Virus record (IMG/VR): IMGVR_UViG_3300023214_000354
Coordinates: 1 to 27,074 of that record
Strand: one strand, 5' to 3'
DNA from: a virus
Taxonomy: Duplodnaviria > Caudoviricetes
DNA length: 27,074 bases
A program made the translations under genes and the position numbers. The notes under the pieces were generated by a model. The model did no database searches. It was given only the letters and a program-made list of their open reading frames with translations, and had not been told where the DNA came from. Below, in pieces: positions 23,068-27,074 of the stretch. Numbering within the stretch: position 1 is the first letter of the stretch; every line of letters begins with the position of its first letter.

Positions 23068-25089
23068 TCAGTCAAACTCACCGCCGCGCGGCTTAAAGTT
23101 GCGCATCGCCCGGCTGAAGGCGTCGAAATCTTCGTCTCCGTCAGCCTCGCCGCCCGGCACCACATCGGAATTGGCCACCAGGCGGTCGGCGTCGGGATCC
23201 GGCACTCGGCCAAAACCGATGTGCCGCACGTTGGTATCGGGCGTTTCGGGGCCGCCCGGAATGGAAACCCGTGCGTAGGCTTGCTGCATTTCCTGCCTGC
23301 TCATGCCGGCCTCGGCCTCGGCCGCGACCTTCATGCCCTTGACCTTCCGCGCCTTTTGCTTGCGCCATTCACGAGCGGCCTCTTCGCTCATGAAGGCTTC
23401 GTTCGGGATGTGTTCTGCGGCGGTCAGATAGCGGCCGGAAAGGTTGTAGACGTGCACCGGCTTGGTCAGGTCGTAAGGGTCGAAATAAGCAATCACGTTC
23501 TGCCCCCGCAGCCGGCTCAGCGGCTCCGACCAGTAGCGGTTTGCGCCCCATTCGCTGGTCGCGCCGGCCTTCAGGCGTATATGACCGTCGCGCTGATTAA
23601 CTTTGACCGACTCGCGGCTGAGCAGCAGCAGCCTGCGCTTACGCTCGTCGCACTGGCGAACCGGGAACTGCCGGGCGCCGTCTTCCCAGGCCTCGTTGAA
23701 GCTCAAAAGCCCCCTGCAGGCCTCGGTGCGGCGCTTGGTTCTGGCGTTCCAGCGCGCGATTTCGTGGTCGATCACTTCCCGCACCAGGGCGACGGGCACG
23801 GCGGTCTTCTTGCTGTAACCGGCGTCGCACAGCTTCGGGTTGGTGGTGATTTCCTTGTGGAAGTCTCTGAACGCGCGCTCGATCGGCTTGGCGCCCGGGC
23901 GGCCGAATATCTTGTCCGCTGAGGTGAAGCAGGGCGTAATGTCCAGCATCCGCAGCATCCCCACACCCTCTTCTTCCTTGATCTTGTAGCGGTTCCGGCT
24001 CTTCGCGCCGGCCGTCATCACCTTGTTGGCCGCCGCCGTGGTGTTGTCCACGAAGTAGTAATTCGGCAGGCAGATCGCCGTCAGGCCGTAAATCGAGAGC
24101 CGGAAAACGTCGGTGTTCTCGGTTTTGCCCAGCTCGTAATTGATCAGCCGCCGGGTTCGAATGTCCTGGTTAACCCAGCACGTGGCCCCGTTGACGATCT
24201 CGCCGTCCTCGAATTTGATCCAGAGCTCGTCGAACTTGAGCCCGTCGCCGTTTACCAGCTCGCCTGGGCCGTAGCTCATCACCGTGCGCCGCTGCGAAAC
24301 CAGCATTTCGGCGGTAATGTCGCGACCCTCCCGCGCCAGCCGGCGCACCTCTTCCGGAATGGCGTTCAGAAATCTGTTCAGCGCCCTGTCGCTGGGCATC
24401 TTCCAACCGTTTTCTGCGGCCAGTTCGCGGGTGCGGTTGATGCTGCTCTGCATGCTCGGCTGCTTGCGGGTCAGCCAGTGCGCTTTCAGGAATTTCTGCG
24501 CCTCTGGTGAGAATTCAGCCTTGTTATTCCCGCCCTTGTCATCCGGGCAGAGCAGTTCCAGCCAGTGCTGCGAATCGGCGCCGCGGATCATGCCTTCCCA
24601 CCTGTAGAAGGTCTGGAAAGGCACGCCGGCCTGCTTGCAGGCTTCCCGCTTGGTCATGCCCGCATCGGCCAGCGCGTAGACGTATTTAACCTTCTGCAGG
24701 CGCTCTACAGCTTGGTCGCGCGCGTTCTGCGTAGCGCGCTGAAAGGCCTCCTGGGCGCCCTCGATATCAAAAACCGCCGGCGACGGGCGAGAGGTGGAAC
24801 CCGCCGCCGGCGAAACGCCGCGCCCTGTTTCGCGGCTACCACCGCCGCCCGGCGGGGACGTGCCGGCAGCGGGTGATTCGTTGCTGTCGCGGTGTAGCAG
24901 CACCGCGGCCTGGATTTCGGTCGGGAGCGCAGAGAGCTCAAAAAACTTCTTGCGGCCGCCGCGGACCTTCTTTTCGGTGAAGCTCCAGCCGTCTTTTTGC
25001 GCTCGCAACTGGATGGCGCGCGCAGTCCTTCCTGTGGCTTTTGCGATCTCTCCGGCGTCGGCCGGGCGATCCAATCCCCGATCGTTCAT
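23068..25089 (-). CDS. MuA-like DDE transposase, 673 aa
   Basis: ATGA-coupled start MNDRGL; Mu DNA-binding N-terminus (RAQKDGW...GGRKKFFELSALP); NGDG / FVDN / AKPIERAF catalytic motifs; NRYWS...FDPYDL C-terminal domain. Confidence 0.95.
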   Translation of the reverse strand: MNDRGLDRPADAGEIAKATGRTARAIQLRAQKDGWSFTEKKVRGGRKKFFELSALPTEIQAAVLLHRDSNESPAAGTSPPGGGGSRETGRGVSPAAGSTSRPSPAVFDIEGAQEAFQRATQNARDQAVERLQKVKYVYALADAGMTKREACKQAGVPFQTFYRWEGMIRGADSQHWLELLCPDDKGGNNKAEFSPEAQKFLKAHWLTRKQPSMQSSINRTRELAAENGWKMPSDRALNRFLNAIPEEVRRLAREGRDITAEMLVSQRRTVMSYGPGELVNGDGLKFDELWIKFEDGEIVNGATCWVNQDIRTRRLINYELGKTENTDVFRLSIYGLTAICLPNYYFVDNTTAAANKVMTAGAKSRNRYKIKEEEGVGMLRMLDITPCFTSADKIFGRPGAKPIERAFRDFHKEITTNPKLCDAGYSKKTAVPVALVREVIDHEIARWNARTKRRTEACRGLLSFNEAWEDGARQFPVRQCDERKRRLLLLSRESVKVNQRDGHIRLKAGATSEWGANRYWSEPLSRLRGQNVIAYFDPYDLTKPVHVYNLSGRYLTAAEHIPNEAFMSEEAAREWRKQKARKVKGMKVAAEAEAGMSRQEMQQAYARVSIPGGPETPDTNVRHIGFGRVPDPDADRLVANSDVVPGGEADGDEDFDAFSRAMRNFKPRGGEFD

Positions 25090-25526
25090 CGGCGGTTCTC
25101 CAGATGCTTCTTGATCGCCGCGCGCTGGGCGCGCAGCTCGATTTCTTGTTGATCGATCCGCCCGAGCTCGGCCAGCAGCGCGTCGTCGCCCACCAGCACG
25201 CGGCAGCCGCGCGCCTTGGCCAGGAGATTCGTCAGGCAATAGGAATGCGTGGCCACCTCGAAGGCGGCCGCGTAGCGCAGCGGGAAGTTGTGGTCGGTGC
25301 GGCTCTCAGCCGTGTAGGCATCAAGCATGTAGCGGCTGATTTCGCGGCCCGTCAGTCGGCTCATTTCGGCGGCCACGTGGTAGCGATCGCCATCGGCGTG
25401 CTTTAATGCATCCGAGAGCGCTTCGCGCAACGGAAGATCGAGATCTACGCGCCCGGGCAGCGGGTCTGCTTCTTGCGGGATGTCGAAAATATCCAGCGTC
25501 AGCTTGTCGCGCATCCGTCGGGCCAT
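25086..25526 (-). CDS. Conserved Mu-like early DNA-binding protein
   Basis: DRYHVAAEMSRLTGREISRYMLDAYTAESR..HNFPL; lies between ner and A. Confidence 0.8.
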   Translation of the reverse strand: MARRMRDKLTLDIFDIPQEADPLPGRVDLDLPLREALSDALKHADGDRYHVAAEMSRLTGREISRYMLDAYTAESRTDHNFPLRYAAAFEVATHSYCLTNLLAKARGCRVLVGDDALLAELGRIDQQEIELRAQRAAIKKHLENRR

Positions 25527-25529
25527 TGT

Positions 25530-25874
25530 CTACGCGGCTTCTCTGCCGCTGCCATTGCGCGATTTTTCGACAGTGGTATCCTTGGAATGCCGGTTTTTCT
25601 TGTGCGTCGGCGCGCCGCCGATGCCGCGCTTCGGGCGACGGCTGTCGTAGCGGCTGGGCCAGATATCACGCGGCTTTCTGCCAAGGGCTCGAGCGACGAT
25701 TCGCTCGACTTTTGGCCAGGGCCGCCGAAGGACCTGCGCGCACGCTGTCGGGTAGTACCCGTGATACATGGAGAGGCGCCGCAAGCTCCATCCGGCCTTC
25801 TCCAGGGCGGCCTTGATGTCCGCCGGGTGCCAGTCTTGAGAGGCTGGTTTTTTTGGACTGTATGGACTGTTCAT
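25530..25874 (-). CDS. ner: Ner-like negative regulator of early transcription
   Basis: DWHPADIKAALEKAGWSLRRLS...PWPKVERIVARALG..PRDIWPSRY. Confidence 0.93.
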   Translation of the reverse strand: MNSPYSPKKPASQDWHPADIKAALEKAGWSLRRLSMYHGYYPTACAQVLRRPWPKVERIVARALGRKPRDIWPSRYDSRRPKRGIGGAPTHKKNRHSKDTTVEKSRNGSGREAA

Positions 25875-25882
25875 ACGGCCAT

Positions 25883-25911
25883 ACGATACACGCTATAAAA
25901 AGCGCTGTCAA
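25883..25911 (-). promoter_or_regulatory. Early promoter Pe (sigma70)
   Basis: TTGACA (25911-25906), 17 nt, TATCGT (25888-25883); 8 nt to the ner ATG; the -35 is flanked by the inverted repeat aaaaagcg/cgcttttt (25897-25919). Confidence 0.8.
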
Positions 25912-25921
25912 CGCTTTTTTT

Positions 25922-26060
25922 GCTTCGGTCTTTGAAAGTCCGAAGAATATACAGCGCGAGGCATGTAAGCCAATGAAAGAAAAGAAAAAAGAATCGAAGT
26001 GCGAAGCGGGTCAGACGCAAGTGCGGCCGCTTCAGGCTTTCGACGCTGAGAGTGCGAAGC
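25922..26060. promoter_or_regulatory. Candidate operator/enhancer repeats
   Basis: Inverted repeat cttcgg-t-cttt-g-aaag-t-ccgaag (25923-25945); direct repeat agtgcgaagc (25998-26007, 26051-26060); partial aagtgcg (26019-26025). Confidence 0.55.
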
Positions 26061-26482
26061 TGGATAAGGCGTTTTCAGGCAGGCTCGTTGAAGTACGGGC
26101 CGCGCTGAAAGTAGCGCAGCCTGAAATGGATCGGATCCTGAAAATCGGAAAGGGCTCCTGGCAACGCTACGAATCGCGCGGCGTAAAACCAGGCGGTGAG
26201 GTAATTGCGAAGCTTGCAGTTCTAGGGTTCGATGCCAACTGGATACTGACCGGCCACGGCCCGCCCCGGCTCCCCGAAGCGTCAACGGTTGGAGAAGAGC
26301 GCAGCGACTACCGCGCCCGCACCGCCATCGAGCCCCTGTTCATCCGCAACGCCGTCAAGCTGGTCGAAAAACGCTTGGGCGCCGACACCGACCTCGAGCA
26401 AAAAGCCCGCCTGGTCGCCGAAGTCGCCGCGGACCTGCAGTCGATGCACGACCAAGAATGGGCCGAACAGCCCGAAAAGTAG
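25973..26482 (+). CDS. Phage repressor, XRE HTH (start uncertain)
   Basis: RLVEVRAALKVAQPEMDRILKIGKGSWQRYES...FDANWILTG; divergent from ner; no S24 peptidase domain visible. Confidence 0.85.
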   Translation: MKEKKKESKCEAGQTQVRPLQAFDAESAKLDKAFSGRLVEVRAALKVAQPEMDRILKIGKGSWQRYESRGVKPGGEVIAKLAVLGFDANWILTGHGPPRLPEASTVGEERSDYRARTAIEPLFIRNAVKLVEKRLGADTDLEQKARLVAEVAADLQSMHDQEWAEQPEK

Positions 26483-26516
26483 CCGCCACACACATATATA
26501 TAACAGGAGAATCCAA

Positions 26517-26813
26517 ATGAAGTCACTGAGCACGAGCCGTCTGGCAACCCTGGCCCTGGTTTCAGCCCTTCTAGCCGGCTGCGGCGACAGCGAACCCACC
26601 CAGTACCGCGAGGCCGACCACCGAACTCTGCAGCAATGCCTCGGGTGGATCACCGTTCGAACTAACTCGCCGCTGGACATCCGTACCGACAAGCCTGACC
26701 GCGTCTCCGGCCGCTTGCGCGGCACCGATCGCGGGTTTGGATGCGATCAAGAGCACACCGGCACAAAGGGCATTTACTGGTTGGGTTATTATGAGCTTCC
26801 CGCCGAGGGCTAA
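26517..26813 (+). CDS. Lipoprotein, 98 aa
   Basis: AGGAGA SD, MKSLSTSRLATLALVSALLAGC lipobox; two further Cys. Confidence 0.85.
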   Translation: MKSLSTSRLATLALVSALLAGCGDSEPTQYREADHRTLQQCLGWITVRTNSPLDIRTDKPDRVSGRLRGTDRGFGCDQEHTGTKGIYWLGYYELPAEG

Positions 26814-26889
26814 ATTCTCGATCTGCCGATATTAACCCCTTACGGAATTGCTGCTTTGCAAAACCACTGCAACACCCCCGCACGCCGGC

Positions 26890-27056
26890 CTTGCGCGTCT
26901 CACCTATAACGTCGCAAAGCGGCTTTTTCGCGAAAATCGCCCAAATTCATGCGAAGAGCGAGACACCACCAAAACCGCCGCGAACGCCCGCCGTCGCGAT
27001 AAATCCCACTATTTCCGCCAAAATCCCGGGTGTCTCAGTTCAATAGTCCCCGCACA
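26890..27056 (-). other. Probable prophage left end (attL) with transposase-binding repeats
   Basis: Minus strand begins TGTGCGGGGACTATTGAACTGAGACA at 27056; gtctc(a/g) motif at 26897, 27032 and inverted at 26959-26965; aaatccc at 27001 and 27021. Confidence 0.65.
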
Positions 27057-27074
27057 CCCCGGGCCGCATTTCAT

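Larger units (their letters stand above)
1..27056 (-). mobile_element. Mu-like transposable prophage (left ~27 kb; continues beyond window start)
   Basis: Gene order c/ner/A/B/gam/gemA/mor/lysis/terminases/portal/MuF/G/I/capsid/tail; DDE transposase plus AAA MuB; no integrase; TG-starting terminus at ~27056. Confidence 0.96.

Noticed and set aside
24770-24880. Pro/Gly/Ser-rich stretch with short repeats in MuA as an inserted element
   Set aside because: In frame and located at the expected flexible linker after the N-terminal DNA-binding domain
1-27074. tRNA/rRNA, integrase, reverse transcriptase/DGR, invertase, tail sheath
   Set aside because: No supporting motifs seen; right-end modules lie outside the window

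Overview
Nearly the whole window (1 to ~27056) is the left ~27 kb of a high-GC, Mu-like (transposable) prophage in reverse orientation. From the probable left end (TG...CA terminus at ~27056) it carries a + strand lipoprotein and XRE repressor. It then runs as one minus-strand cascade: Ner, MuA transposase, an inserted small ORF, MuB, early accessory ORFs with Gam and GemA, and a Mor/C activator. Next come the lysis genes (holin, SLT endolysin, i-/o-spanins), gp25/gp26-like genes, terminases, portal and MuF, then gpG, protease/scaffold, decoration protein, capsid, adaptors, a siphovirus-type tail tube, a frameshifted chaperone pair and a tape measure gene that runs off the window. The most notable observations are: (1) MuF extended by an HExxH metallopeptidase-like domain with a coupled small acidic ORF, a candidate virion toxin/immunity pair; (2) an HTH-like insertion inside the head protease/scaffold; (3) an identical 16-bp palindrome 23 nt upstream of -10-like boxes at the lysis and protease genes, implying a leaderless protease mRNA; (4) a structured G-I spacer where Mu has its strong gyrase site; (5) a secreted moron inside the tail module; and (6) two early ORFs that look damaged or recoded. 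All family calls are by motif and synteny recognition; no searches were run.
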